Below, piece after piece: positions 39,500 to 51,221 of a stretch of 64,000 nt of DNA; the first letter of the stretch is position 1; each line of letters starts with the position of its first letter. The notes below the pieces were generated by a model, which was not told where the DNA came from, ran no database searches, and saw only the letters and a program-made list of their open reading frames with translations. The position numbers were made by a program, and so were the translations under genes. The stretch is from Diadema antillarum (Eukaryota), in contig NW_027271166.1 in NCBI RefSeq assembly GCF_040938485.1, positions 1 through 64,000 of the forward strand. The letters are read 5' to 3'.

Positions 39500-40254
39500 C
39501 TGTGAGAAATACACAGATTTTGACAAAGAAAATTTTGCGCATGATTACAATAATTTTAAAAAAAAAAGTATGAACTGCATCTACAGTTTACCTGAATGTG
39601 ACACCTTTGACTCTTTTATCTTTAATTTTGACAGCAAAACCTGTTTGTACAAGGTGTTTATGATAGCATTTTGTGGTGATGATTTTGGAGGATTAATTTA
39701 AGGACTTCTGTTGCCGTTTAAAGAATATATCGTCTAGTCATCTGGCTTCCCTGGAAGATAATTACAATTTGTACTTGCCACTTTTGTGGGGGAAAAAAAA
39801 AGATGCACATTCAAAGAACTGAAAAAAGAGTACTACAAACAATAAATGAAAACACAGCAGTGAATGCAGTGCAAGCATACAAGGGTAAAGATTTGGACTA
39901 CACCCCACCTTGTTCTCACAAAATATAGCCCAAGGGTTTGTGCATTCTCACAATACAAATGCACAAATTTTGTTCTGTATTCCACATATCTATGCATCTT
40001 TGACAATGTGAATGTGTCCTGGTAGTGGTATATATACCTGTGAGAGACAACTAAATCAAACATAGCAACACCAAACTCACTCCTGACACAGATATCTAAT
40101 CTGATCTAATTCAATCTAATCTAATCTATTATCCAATTCCACCCCCCCCCCCCTTCAAAAAAAAAAAAAGAAGCAAGAAAAGCAAAATAGAAATGAAGGG
40201 GACATTGCAATAAGATATTGCATTCGGACAACAACACTGGAATAGTACACTGAC

Positions 40255-40364
40255 CTTGCTGGTCGGGCCCCAGGCCCCCAAAAGCCGCCGAGTAGACCAT
40301 CACATTGTCCTCTCCCTCTGTGTTACCCTGGGCATAGGCATAAGGGTTGGTGGCCGGCTTGCGT
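40255..40364 (-). CDS. ZC2HC1A: ZC2HC1A-like gene, internal exon (RKPATNPYAYAQG...PDQQ)
   Basis: TTAG acceptor, G|GTCAGT donor. Only the phase 2 to 1 frame is open, and it fits the next exon. Confidence 0.7.
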
Positions 40365-40856
40365 CTAACAATAATGTTGTCATACTTTGGGAAGAAATGA
40401 GCAATCAACTTTGTTTGAATCACAGCTTGAAAAATTGAGACAAATTGGAGTTAAAGTCAAACAGCTGACATATAGAGATCTTAAACAGGGAAATGTTTTT
40501 CTCAATTTAGTCCAAATATGGTGACAAAGATAATGATAGACACTTTGCTGATAGCAGTCAACACATCTCTATGCTATATTTGGGTCCAGATGCAAGACTG
40601 GTTCAAAGAAAGAGTTGTTGTTTTTTCTCCACGAGGCACAAGTGTGTCTGCTTGAAATGGGTGAGCTTGCGTCTTTCATTTTAAGTTGAGGCATGAATAG
40701 TTCATCTTTTCATCTTGCATTCTTTCGTGTACATCTTTACCTATTTATTTACTAATTTATTACACCCATCATCTACCATATATGCTATATGTTTTTGTGA
40801 GTAAGATATTTCGCTACTCAGAACTTGAAAAGCAAGCTCTACAGTGGTTGAATTTG

Positions 40857-40980
40857 CATTTTATTCATTCATTCATGCATCATCCATCTATTCGTTCATT
40901 AATTTTTTCATTCATCCATCAATCCATCTATTCGTTCTTTCATTTATTCACTCATTCATTTATCCATTAATTCTTTCATT
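40857..40980. repeat. (TTCA/ATCC)n degenerate microsatellite running into a gap
   Basis: Direct reading. Confidence 0.85.
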
Positions 40981-41320
40981 NNNNNNNNNNNNNNNNNNNN
41001 NNNNNNNNNNNNNNNNNNNNNNNNNNNNNNNNNNNNNNNNNNNNNNNNNNNNNNNNNNNNNNNNNNNNNNNNNNNNNNNNNNNNNNNNNNNNNNNNNNNN
41101 NNNNNNNNNNNNNNNNNNNNNNNNNNNNNNNNNNNNNNNNNNNNNNNNNNNNNNNNNNNNNNNNNNNNNNNNNNNNNNNNNNNNNNNNNNNNNNNNNNNN
41201 NNNNNNNNNNNNNNNNNNNNNNNNNNNNNNNNNNNNNNNNNNNNNNNNNNNNNNNNNNNNNNNNNNNNNNNNNNNNNNNNNNNNNNNNNNNNNNNNNNNN
41301 NNNNNNNNNNNNNNNNNNNN
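40981..41320. other. Assembly gap (340 N)
   Basis: N run. Confidence 1.
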
Positions 41321-41335
41321 CATTGCTTCACTCAC

Positions 41336-41502
41336 AGCTTTCCTGATGGCCATCCTACTCCCCTTGATGTCTGCCGCTGCCCTCTTGTTGAGGGGCTTGA
41401 CCGGGCTACCGTAGGTGTTGGTCCGCTCCCCGCAGAAGTTGATGTGCCTTGCGGCCGCCGTCTGATTGAACCTCCGGCTGCAGTGTGGACACTGGATGTA
41501 AT
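41336..41502 (-). CDS. ZC2HC1A: ZC2HC1A-like exon 5, second C2HC finger (DYIQCPHCSRRFNQTAAARHINFC)
   Basis: ACAG acceptor, GTGAGT donor, phase 1 to 0. Motif closely matches vertebrate ZC2HC1A DYIQCPYCQRRFNENAADRHINFC. Confidence 0.95.
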
Positions 41503-41740
41503 CTGTGTATATGTGTGATTTATCAAAAATAGAAAGCACTGAAGTTAAATCAATATCAACATCATTTGCAGAATACACTGCAGATGTAACTAATGACTGC
41601 CTACGCTTGCTTTTATCACTCATAACCAGTTGCATCTGATAGCATAAGTGCTCTGGCAAAACATCTTGTACACAATGAACAGTCTCCCTTAGAGAACAAG
41701 TCCCTGAACAAACATCATCGTCATCGTCATCATGACTGAC

Positions 41741-41879
41741 CTGGGTTGACCGATGGAGGCGGCGGAGGAGGGAGGGGTTTCCCCGTGCGTATTGCATGCT
41801 GGGCCTTCCTGGCAGACCGGATGGCATTGACGAAGTCTTTGTGGTTCCTTCTCCAGTTTGTCTGTTTGACACCCTGATT
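41741..41879 (-). CDS. ZC2HC1A: ZC2HC1A-like exon 4 (NWRRNH..F...IR.A...PLPPPPPPS)
   Basis: CTCAG acceptor, G|GTCAGT donor, phase 0 to 1, conserved motif. Confidence 0.95.
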
Positions 41880-42487
41880 CTGAGGGGAGATATTTAGAAG
41901 ATGATGGTCTGACATCATCACTGACATTATCACTGACACAAATTTGGTACTAACATTTTCTCAATGTATGTATGACAATCAGTGTGTGCTGTATTTTTCA
42001 TTTAAGGATGAGAGGAATTTTGTACATTATTTGATATCTCCAACAATATTTGCTGGTTATAACTTATTTTTGCTATAGTTCAAAACAGAGAAAATAAATG
42101 CACACTACAATGAAAAAAGGCAAATAAATAATACTGCGATACATGCAGTTATCACACAGAAAAATATACTGACATTGGTAGAAGAAACTCTAATCTTTCT
42201 ATCAATGCCAATTTTCTTGGCAGCATAAAATAAATAGGCCATGAATGCAGACATTCTCATTGACATTTTGGGAACCTTTCATACCAGGTTCCCGTATGTC
42301 AGTTGATGCTACTGGAATCTGGTATACCAGGTTCCTGTAAAAGGAATGAGTCATACAAAAGTCCAACAGGATTCATGGAGTTTTGCTCTTTGGGAGTCAC
42401 GTTGAGCCAAATGCCCAAAGTTGATAAAACCTTTGATGGCACTAGCACAGTTACTGCACAAAAATGAAGAAGAATGTTGTTTCCTAC

Positions 42488-42613
42488 CTTCACTTGTCCT
42501 GGTTTGACAATCTTAGTGACAGATATTCCAGTTCCCGAAATTCTCTGCCGACCAGACTCGAACACTCTCCTCTTGCGGTTGAAGGTTTTGGCACATATTC
42601 CAACATGCCTTGT
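42488..42613 (-). CDS. ZC2HC1A: ZC2HC1A-like exon 3 (RHVGICAKTFNRKRRVFESGRQR)
   Basis: CCTAG acceptor, AAG|GTAGGA donor, 126 nt, phase 0 to 0. Confidence 0.95.
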
Positions 42614-42902
42614 CTAGGAATAAATAGAGGAGATTAAAAAGTTACCATAAATCCACTGCCAGGAAAAAAAATGCCATATCAATCTTTTCAATTTACTAGA
42701 ATATTATAAAAATAACAAAGAAATGAGACAAAAAATAGACAATGCACAGAAACACAAGTATTTACCAGTGCATACACACATCATTTCTCTCAAATTGATG
42801 CAAAACAACAACAAACAAGGCATACATACCATATACCTGTATGCGCATACACAGAGCCAATCCTCTTAATCTAGGCAAATCAAAATATTGCAAATTTCTT
42901 AC

Positions 42903-43000
42903 CAATACATCCGGTAAAAATGTCCTCCCACATGTGTGACAAGGCACAAGGTCTCCGCCCGCAGCCGAGCGTTTCCCACCGGCTGAGAGCTTCCCTGTGT
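42903..43000 (-). CDS. ZC2HC1A: ZC2HC1A-like exon 2, first C2HC finger start (LVPCHTCGRTFLPDVL)
   Basis: TTTCAG acceptor, GTAAGA donor, phase 1 to 0. Confidence 0.95.
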
Positions 43001-43260
43001 CTGAAATGTAAGGTAACGAGGGGGAAGGAAAAACAGATTGATAGACAGAAAGATGGAGTTATAGATCAGAGAGCGAGAACGGGAGGAGAAATCAAAGAAA
43101 ATGAATCAGTAGTGCTGCATTTGTTGTTAAGTTTGAATTAACAGTATATTACATATGGTCAATAAAAAACAAACACAATTTTAAAACAAAAAAAGCATCA
43201 AAAGTAAAACTAGCAACGTTAGACCAATGGTTTTGATTCCTTGCAATACTTGTATGGAGA

Positions 43261-43378
43261 ACTGGGCAATACCAATTAAGTGCCTTGCTGAAGGGCACAA
43301 TAAATGCTGCCATCAAACTTGAACCAGAGACCTTTAACATTGAGAGTCTTTGGTCTTGTCAACTAAGCAACAGCAGTT
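43261..43378 (-). mobile_element. Decayed tRNA-derived SINE
   Basis: A-box-like TTAGTTG and B-box-like GGTTCAAG, followed by GTGCCCTTCAGCAAGGCACTT. Confidence 0.5.
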
Positions 43379-43597
43379 CCTGATGAGTACTGGTAATATC
43401 TAATTAAAGCTGATCAACCTCAAAAATACAATTTGTATTTCTGAGAAAATACTCCATTATCTGCTGCTTCCATTCTTAAAGGCCTGTAATAGTATTCTGC
43501 AATTTATAAAAGCTTAACAAAGAAAATTGTCACTGGGGTGACAAGACCTTGTATCTACAATATGTGAAATGTTCAGGAGAGCAAAAAATATATATAT

Positions 43598-43644
<47 letters not shown>
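43598..43644. repeat. (AT)n microsatellite
   Basis: Direct reading. Confidence 0.9.
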
Positions 43645-43646
<2 letters not shown>

Positions 43647-44624
43647 CCGATAGATCTATATCTATATCTATATATTCTTTTATTAGTCTATAGGGTGTCT
43701 ATATGTCTTGCATTTTTCATATTGCAGGTACAGCTGCAATAATTGTGTGTGTGTGTGTGTGTGTGTGTGACATTGTGAATTTCATAATTATCAAGTAACT
43801 TATAGTTATGATAATTATATGAAACTTGCACAAATTGACATAACAAAAAATTTGAAATGAATTTAGAGTTCACAATATCAAAGATGCACACTGCATTTCA
43901 TATTGTGATTATCAGAGGCATTCCATAAACCTTCAATTCCAGACCATCCTTCTCCATCATTAAACAACATGTTCAATTGAGATGAACAGAGCACCTTCTG
44001 TCTTAATGTCCCATTAAGTTTACTCTAGCGACACAAGCACAGCTCCATGCACAGCCACAATAAACACCTATAAATGTGACCTTGTCAATAAAGCATTTCT
44101 GTAATATTAATTCACACAATATCAATAGTTTTACATTGAGCAAAATGAAGTATAAGAGAGAAAAACAAGAAGGAAATAACGTTGCCACTCAAAAGTGGAA
44201 GTGGTCACTGACACAGTCACACTCACAGTTTCATCGACATTGCAGAGTGAGCTAAACTTAAATTTATTTTGACTGGCCCGCACCCGGCTGCAGTTACAGT
44301 TGGGACTAGAATCTAGATTTTTCTTTCTGTGATAGAAATTCTCAAGTAGAAATTTTGTGCGGCATGCGTTAACCATGTGTGTATTAATAGTTCAAAGTAG
44401 CCTCATACATAATGCGTATGCATTGTCGTCATGTCATTTACCGGACGCTGCACTGCTGGGTATGTAACGAAATGCATTCACTGCCCAAAAATAAACAATC
44501 GTAAGGTAAGTCACAACACAATAATAAGTAGATGGGACCGACATAACAAGATACCGATGTCCTAATAAAAACATGAACATCCTACACACTAAGCATTTAA
44601 AAGGCAATGAATGCCTATCCTTAC

Positions 44625-44637
44625 CTGGGCGTGACAT
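44625..44637 (-). CDS. ZC2HC1A: ZC2HC1A-like exon 1 (MSRP)
   Basis: GCC-ATG context, AG|GTAAGG donor, phase 1 matching exon 2. CpG-richer upstream region with GCGCATGC near 44833. Confidence 0.75.
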
Positions 44638-45575
44638 GGCTATGCATGAAGCAGCATTTCAGTCATTTTTTGGTGACGCATTCAAATCATATTTCCGTTC
44701 AGAGGTGACGATGACAGAGTTCATATATTTACGTCGCGTCGCCAACAGAACAGAATATCCACATTGACCATGTCCGTGAATAGCGAAAGGCGTTGCGTAG
44801 CTAAGCAAGCTGGCAACCACATTGTCATTGTGCGCATGCCCAGTTCAATTTGTTAATTGACCACCCTGCAAACACCGACAGTGCACATGCTTGGCCTATT
44901 ACCATTTATGTCAGTTTGTTTGCCCCCAGGCTTATTTCATTCACAACAGGGTGCCTATCGAATTTTGTTTCTTCGATTATCCGTGGATGACACCTAACGA
45001 TACAGCTACAGGCGAAAGGGTGTGAGTGATCAATGGGAAAGATCAATGCATTCAGTGTTTCAAATTTTCAAGACACCAAAGAAAAAACGATGGTCTTTTC
45101 ATCGGTGTGAGCTTGTAAACAATCATCCCCTTATAGAAGAGCATGGCCATTCATCAGCATCATAGTCTATGAACAATCCAAGGATAATCCACAAACGGTT
45201 CCTTTAATTTGGCTGAAGCCCATGATAAAGCATGGTTCGGAGAGAGAAACAAAATAATATCTTTGTTCCGAAAAAAAGAGAGAAGATTATCGGACCTGGT
45301 ACAATAAGGAGCAGGTCAATCTTTCCATTGAAAACTATTGATGGTATGCACCTGTTGGCTAGTGCTGTGTATCTACTAAGAAAATAAAAGAAATTCAGTT
45401 GTTCCTTGATGAAAAGGGCAAGAAGTTAATTTGGTTGTTTTTATTATCTCTGTTTTTGTTTGTGTTGAGTTTTATTTCAACTTCCTGGTCGATTGTGTTT
45501 GTTTGTTTGTTTTTTTTAATCAAAATCAGTATAACTACAGGATATGAGCAATGAACATGATATCTATGATGTTAA

Positions 45576-45932
45576 AGGGGAAGGCTAGTAACTGATCAGT
45601 GGGAATCAGTGGAAATGCTGGGAGATGATTGTTCCAATCCTTATGGGATTCATTCAAGAGTTCATTGTATATCTATTGTTGCGTGAAAATGATTTGCTTC
45701 AGAATGGTCTCATATTCAAGTAATGTGCAGTTTAATGCTTCCAGGTTAGCGTCCCTGGTCAGTGACGGAGCATTAATCTGCACATTACTTGAATATGAGA
45801 CCGTTCTGAAGCAAATAATTTTCACACAACAATACGTATACAATGAACTCTTGAATGAATCCCATAAGGATTGGAACAATCATCTCCCAGCATTTCCACT
45901 GATTCCCACTGATCAGTTACTAGCCTTCCCCT
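45576..45932. mobile_element. Palindromic TTAA-AGGGG (Kolobok-like) MITE
   Basis: TTAA at 45572-45575 and 45933-45936. Arms of about 165 bp with few mismatches and a loop of about 25 nt. Confidence 0.9.
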
Positions 45933-46024
45933 TTAACCATGACGTATATGTTGCTAATCACGATGTCAAATGAAAATTACAAACATATCGACAAAATATT
46001 CATACAATTTTATTTGCAAAACAT

Positions 46025-47575
46025 ATTTTTTTATTTTGTTTTTATTAGAACAAATTAAAATGAATTACAACATTTACGACAATCATTAAATGATTACAAA
46101 TCGCACAAAGACAAAATGGTTACACGGCACGTAAAAAGGCATGGTGAAACGGAACGTCCACAAAAATGTGATACCCTTACTTTAAATCCCCCTATCCCCC
46201 CCCCCCCAAAAAAAAAGGGCAAAGTGATGACTTCATATAAGTTTAATCAAAACAAAATTAAGTGATTTAGTAAATATTAGAAAAATTACCAAAAAAAAAA
46301 ATCATGATGAAAATAGTTGGAATTATGCAGTAGTTTTCTAGCAATTAAATGATAACATTGATACACACCAGCTGGTCATAAAAAACAATATACATGTATA
46401 AAAGTTTCAATTAATACATCATATAAACTGAATTACAATTACTAAACCTGAGTTGCATGACAAAATATGAAATATGATGTCTACAATCAAGTACTGCTAA
46501 AATATACACATAGAGTGCAGTGTCGTAACAAAAAAGGAAAACTAGATCTCAACAAATTATTTTGTTTGAAACTAATATAAAACAATTATATTTCAATGAT
46601 CTTATGATATTTTGACAGTAAGGAAAACAAATTATATATCAAATCGCCACATTTTTCAAGTGTGCAGGTAACTTATTTCTTTTCTTGGCTATCAATTATT
46701 CTAGGTCCTGTTGTTTTTCACAACTACTTAAAATAAAGCATAACTTGGGAGATTATTCTTAAATTTACAAATATCAATATGATACTTTATCAGTTCAATT
46801 TCCAAAAATTTTTTTTTCAAAATTAGTGACATTTATTTGAACATCATTTTGGGAAATTTTGGAAAAGAGGGCTAGCCAAATAGGAATAACCTTTTTTACA
46901 TTCACAAAATAAGTGCAACATTGTTTCCTCACTTTTATCACACAAAAAAACCACAATTAGGTGAATCCTTAGATTTAATCTTTAAAGAGAAATCAGTTAG
47001 TGGAATAGCTTTATGAAAAATCTTAAAATAAAATTATCTCAATTTAGTATCAATGGTAAAAAAAAAATTAAAAAAATTGTTCTATGAACTTTTTCCCAAT
47101 TAATGGTCACCGGTATGAGTAAACATTCATCCCAGTAGGCATATCTTTTGTCAGGAGTGTGCGATCCCAGTGATAAGTTGTATGTATTCTTAGGGACTTT
47201 TAAAAAACTCAATAGTTTATATCATTGTTTCATGAACACCAACAATATCAGGGTCAAAATTCTCCATCCACTCTGCCTGGGTATAATCATTACACATTGT
47301 CTTTCGTTGAACTCTATCATTACCACCATTCCAAATGAATTTAACAAATAATCTATTTAATTCTTCAAAAACACTTTGTGTAATTTAACCGAAAGAACAA
47401 AGAAAAGATAAATTAACTGTGGCAAAATGAGAGTTTTTATAACACAGACGCTGCCAATTAGAGAAAGATTTCTAGTTCGCCTATTTGCAAAACATAAGTT
47501 AAACCAGGTGGTGACAGTGATTTCCAGGCAGGTGGTCCTAGACACTTTCAAGATTTATTTGCCAGTCCCCTTTTT
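46025..47575 (-). mobile_element. 5'-truncated decayed Tx1/L1-clade LINE
   Basis: Broken frames read LSLIGSVCVIKTLILPQLIYLF, KFIWNGGNDRVQRK, TKLR....KIFHKAIP and a CCHC-like C.DKSEETMLHLFCECKKV..IW. A-rich 3' end near 46025. Confidence 0.85.
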
Positions 47576-47588
47576 TGGAAGTTTTTAA

Positions 47589-48157
47589 AGGACAAGTTCA
47601 CCTTCATAAACATAAGGATTGAGAGAATGCAGCAATATTAGTAGAACACATCAGTGAAAGTTTGAGGAAAATTGGACAATCGATGCAAAAGTTATGAATT
47701 TTTCAAATTTTTGTGTTGGAACCGCTGGATGAGGAGACTACTATAGCTTATGAGTCATATGCGTACAACAGTATAAAGAAAATGTAAAGAAAATTTAACA
47801 TATTTTCACTTTTTTTCGCATAATAAAAGAGCACTTGACTTGCCTCTTTCTAAGGGCAGGGAGAATAATATTACCCATAACATATGTCAGTAAGGAGTCA
47901 AGGGAATGTGTACTTTTTTCAAAAGATGACATTTTGTGAAAATCTCTTTACATTTTCCTTATATTGTTGTACGCATGTGACATCGAAATTAGTCATACAC
48001 TGCAGTAGTCTTCTCATCCAGCGGTTACTGCACAAAAACTTCAAAAATTCATAACTTTTGTACGGATTGTCCGATTTTCCTCAAACTTTCAATGATGTGT
48101 TCTACTAGCACTGCTACATTCTCTCAATCCTTATGTTTATGAAGGTGAACTTGTCCT
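47589..48157. mobile_element. TTAA-AGG (Kolobok-like) MITE with long TIRs
   Basis: TTAA on both sides. First 41 bp of the TIR are identical (AGGACAAGTTCACCTTCATAAACATAAGGATTGAGAGAATG), and similarity extends past 200 bp. Confidence 0.9.
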
Positions 48158-48947
48158 TTAAGAAACATCTCAAAATCTAAGTATAGGGGGTTCCGGGGGT
48201 TCCGGGGGTTCCGGGACCCCCCCCCCCCCCCCCCCGTTTGCCAGCAGAAAAAAAAATGAGGAAATAAAAAGAAAAAAAAAAAGAGTCGCGGCACCCGCAC
48301 CCCTCCCCCCCCCCCCCCCCCCCGCCAGCGGCATTGTATATCATTGTAGCAGGCAACAGCTCTGAAACTTTTTTTTTCTTTATTGTTGCTTGTCAGCTGA
48401 TTAGACCTGGACGTGGCACCAGAAATATTTTTGTGCCCCGAATATTGAACATAAACTTGAACTGAAATATCCACTTTTTCTAAATTATTCTGAATCCTCC
48501 CATAAAAATCCTAGTTACTGGCCTAAAACATATCCCGAAAAGCTCTCGGCAAATCGGTTTATAGCAGTATAAAGATGGTTTAGAAGTTATGTATGCACTG
48601 CCCTTCTAATGATCTCTTATTCCACACTTTAGATCACAGAGATAGACATCAATTCACGTTCATTTAATCGACTGATCTCTATAAAAAGTATACTTAGAGA
48701 AAATTGTGGGGTTAACCACGTATGGGTCAGGTGCATATATAAGTTCTAAGCTATACTATCAAATTTACTTCATTTTAATTTGTAAAATGTTATTTTTCTG
48801 ATGGGTTGGGTACAGAATGATTGGTTTTGTTAATGGCCATACGAAGAGTAGCGACAAATGCCAACTGGCAAATTGATTAGCAACGAAAGATAAATCCCTC
48901 TAAATTTGTAAAGTTTTCATGTCCGGAGCCTTTGCTAAAATATTTAA

Positions 48948-49290
48948 AAGGATGGTACAGTTTCGGTTGAGATGGGACTTCAGGTTTCCAACTTTTTTAT
49001 GATGATTTTTTTTGAGAGAAAGAAATGCCTCTTATGAAATATAGAAGAGCATTTATTTATAATTCATAGGGGAATTCAAAGTCTTTTGATGAAATTTGGT
49101 TTTAAAATGGTGGAGATATACTTTGTTTTTGGATATAGCAGTATCACAACCATTTCAAAACTTATTTTCATCAAATAAACTTTGAATTTCTTTTGGAGTA
49201 GATGCTCTGTAACATTTCATAAAGTGGTTTCTAAATATCTCGCAAATTGTTAATGGCTGAATCATCACCTCAACCAATACTGTAAATTAA
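48948..49290. mobile_element. Degenerate relative of the 29240-29623 MITE
   Basis: GTACAGTTTCGGTTGAGATGGG / CACCTCAACCAATACTGTA ends and similar interior. Confidence 0.6.
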
Positions 49291-49549
49291 ACCAAATATC
49301 ACGTGGGATGATTAGTTGCGAGTGTGTGTCTATGTGTGACAATAGATGCATCCTTATGTTTGAAATTGTGCACATGATGATAAGATATCATTATCTTTAC
49401 ATTATTTCAGTTCTAAATCCAAGGCCCATCTCAAATCCTTCTCCGAAATGCGAAACAGACAGAATCGTACTCGTGAATGGGCAATGTCTCCCTCTTACGT
49501 CTAGTCTGGCCTACTGGTGAAAAAAAAAGCACTGATTGCAAGTGTCGGT

Positions 49550-49856
49550 AAGCACTATCTGGGCACCCGTCCCGCTTCATCATGAATATTCATCATCCCT
49601 ATGTATCCGTAATACCGTGGAAATACGTAATTTTTTCATTTCCCGGCAGCGTTTTTACATTTCTCGGCAAAACTGAACATTTTTCCATCTCCCGGCGAGA
49701 CGTTTTAACATTCCCCGTTGATGCAATTTTTCGAGATTTTCACATTTCCCGGCCATACGTTTTACACGTATCCGGCGTTCTGCCATTTACTAGTACAGTA
49801 TCTTACTGCCTGATGAATATTCATGATGAAGCGGGACGGGTGCCCAAATAGTGCTT
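49550..49856. mobile_element. MITE with 46-bp TIR directly upstream of MRTO4
   Basis: AAGCACTAT(C/T)TGGGCACCCGTCCCGCTTCATCATGAATATTCATCA inverted at both ends. No unambiguous TSD. Confidence 0.8.
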
Positions 49857-49981
49857 TGATTGCAAACAACAAGTGTGTGGTTCGCGTACACGTGTGTTGC
49901 GGGTTGATCGACAGTGTGACAGTGCGACTTCAAGATTGACTGTATTTTCTCTGTGACAGACATTTGAACCAATCAGACAAA

Positions 49982-50009
49982 ATGCCAAAGTCAAAGCGAG
50001 ACAAGAAAA
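49982..50009 (+). CDS. MRTO4: MRTO4 exon 1 (MPKSKRDKK)
   Basis: Conserved N-terminus, A|GTAAGT donor, phase 1. Confidence 0.95.
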
Positions 50010-50348
50010 GTAAGTGAATGCTATCCCTTATTTGCTCAATAAAATTAACCACAATTGGCACTCACAATCATGTGTGAAGCTGGAATGGAAAGAACAGTGA
50101 TGATACCAGATGTAGCCCCATGCACTAGATATGGTGTAAGTTGTATGACATGATAACTACTAAAGTGTAGCCGGTAGGTAGGTGCATTTAATATATTTAT
50201 GTGCATGTGATGTTTACTGATGTGTGTCCGAGTGTGGGCTGTCAATTATTATACTAGCTCAGTTTATGTCAGAATCTGCAGTTTGTATGTCTTTGTTTGT
50301 CTGTGTTTTTTGTTTACATTCGAATCATTCATACATACCACTGCACTT

Positions 50349-51136
50349 CAGTTCGGGAAACCCACTCACAAGGGGGGCCCCTCCTTATAAGTAACCCGTC
50401 CCCCTTATAAGTAACCCCGTCCCCCTTATAAGTAACCCCGTCCCCCTTATAAGTAACCCCCGGGGCACCCCTTATAAGGAGTCTCCACGCTTTTTTGCAA
50501 TGCAACGCGAAAATGAAAGGACTGCGGCAATTCGCTTGATTATGTCCATAAAGCTTCACAAGTTTCCTAGTTACTCACGAAATTTGAGCAAAATCGGTTC
50601 GAGGCATCATATCTAAAATCATGGATTTAAATGCGATGTCAAACGACCCATGCAAATGCTGAAATGCGAGCGATTACTGGCGTGAGTGTCGCCAGGGGCG
50701 GCGGCGCGGCAATGCTTGAGTGCAGACGAGGTGGTAAAGCCACCTGAATGAACGAAAGTCTCCGTACTCAGTCGCCACGTCTGCACTCAAGCATTGCCGC
50801 GCCGCCGCGCCTGGCGACACTCACGCCAGTAATCGCTCGCATTTCAGCATTCGCATGGGTCGTTTGACATCGCATTTAAATCCATGATTTTAGATATGAT
50901 GCCTCGAACCGATTTTGCTCAAATTTCGTGAGTAACTAGGAAACTTGTGAAGCTTTATGGACATAATCAAGCGAATTGCCGCAGTCCTTTCATTTTCGCG
51001 TTGCATTGCAAAAAAGCGTGGAGACTCCTTATAAGGGGTGCCCGGGGGGTTACTTATAAGGGGGACGGGGTTACTTATAAGGGGGACGGGTTACTTATAA
51101 GGAGGGGCCCCCCTTGTGAGTGGGTTTCCCGAACTG
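50349..51136. mobile_element. Foldback element, copy 2 (same family as 17763-18518), in MRTO4 intron 1
   Basis: CAG..CTG termini, 4-bp TSD ACTT (50345-50348, 51137-51140). Near-identical to copy 1, with one extra 21-bp subrepeat on the left and a different centre. Confidence 0.95.
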
Positions 51137-51221
51137 ACTTGTTATTACATATGAGGGCACTGAGAGGGCCGAGTTTATACCAGCTAGGCTGAGTTTACCC
51201 ATAAATACAGTACTGAATTTA

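Noticed and set aside
43261-43378. tRNA gene
   Set aside because: Only decayed A/B-box-like motifs followed by a SINE core; no cloverleaf.
45629-45973. Mirror-image ORFs MFQSLWDSFK on both strands
   Set aside because: Artefact of the palindromic MITE.
50097-50220. GTGATGA...CTGA as a box C/D snoRNA in MRTO4 intron 1
   Set aside because: No terminal stem or recognisable guide, and such motifs are expected by chance.
50722-50750. CAGACGA-GGTGG/CCACC-TGAA resembles a hammerhead core plus stem II
   Set aside because: U4 is replaced, there is an extra base before GAA, and no stem I/III can be formed; it spans a junction and is probably coincidental.
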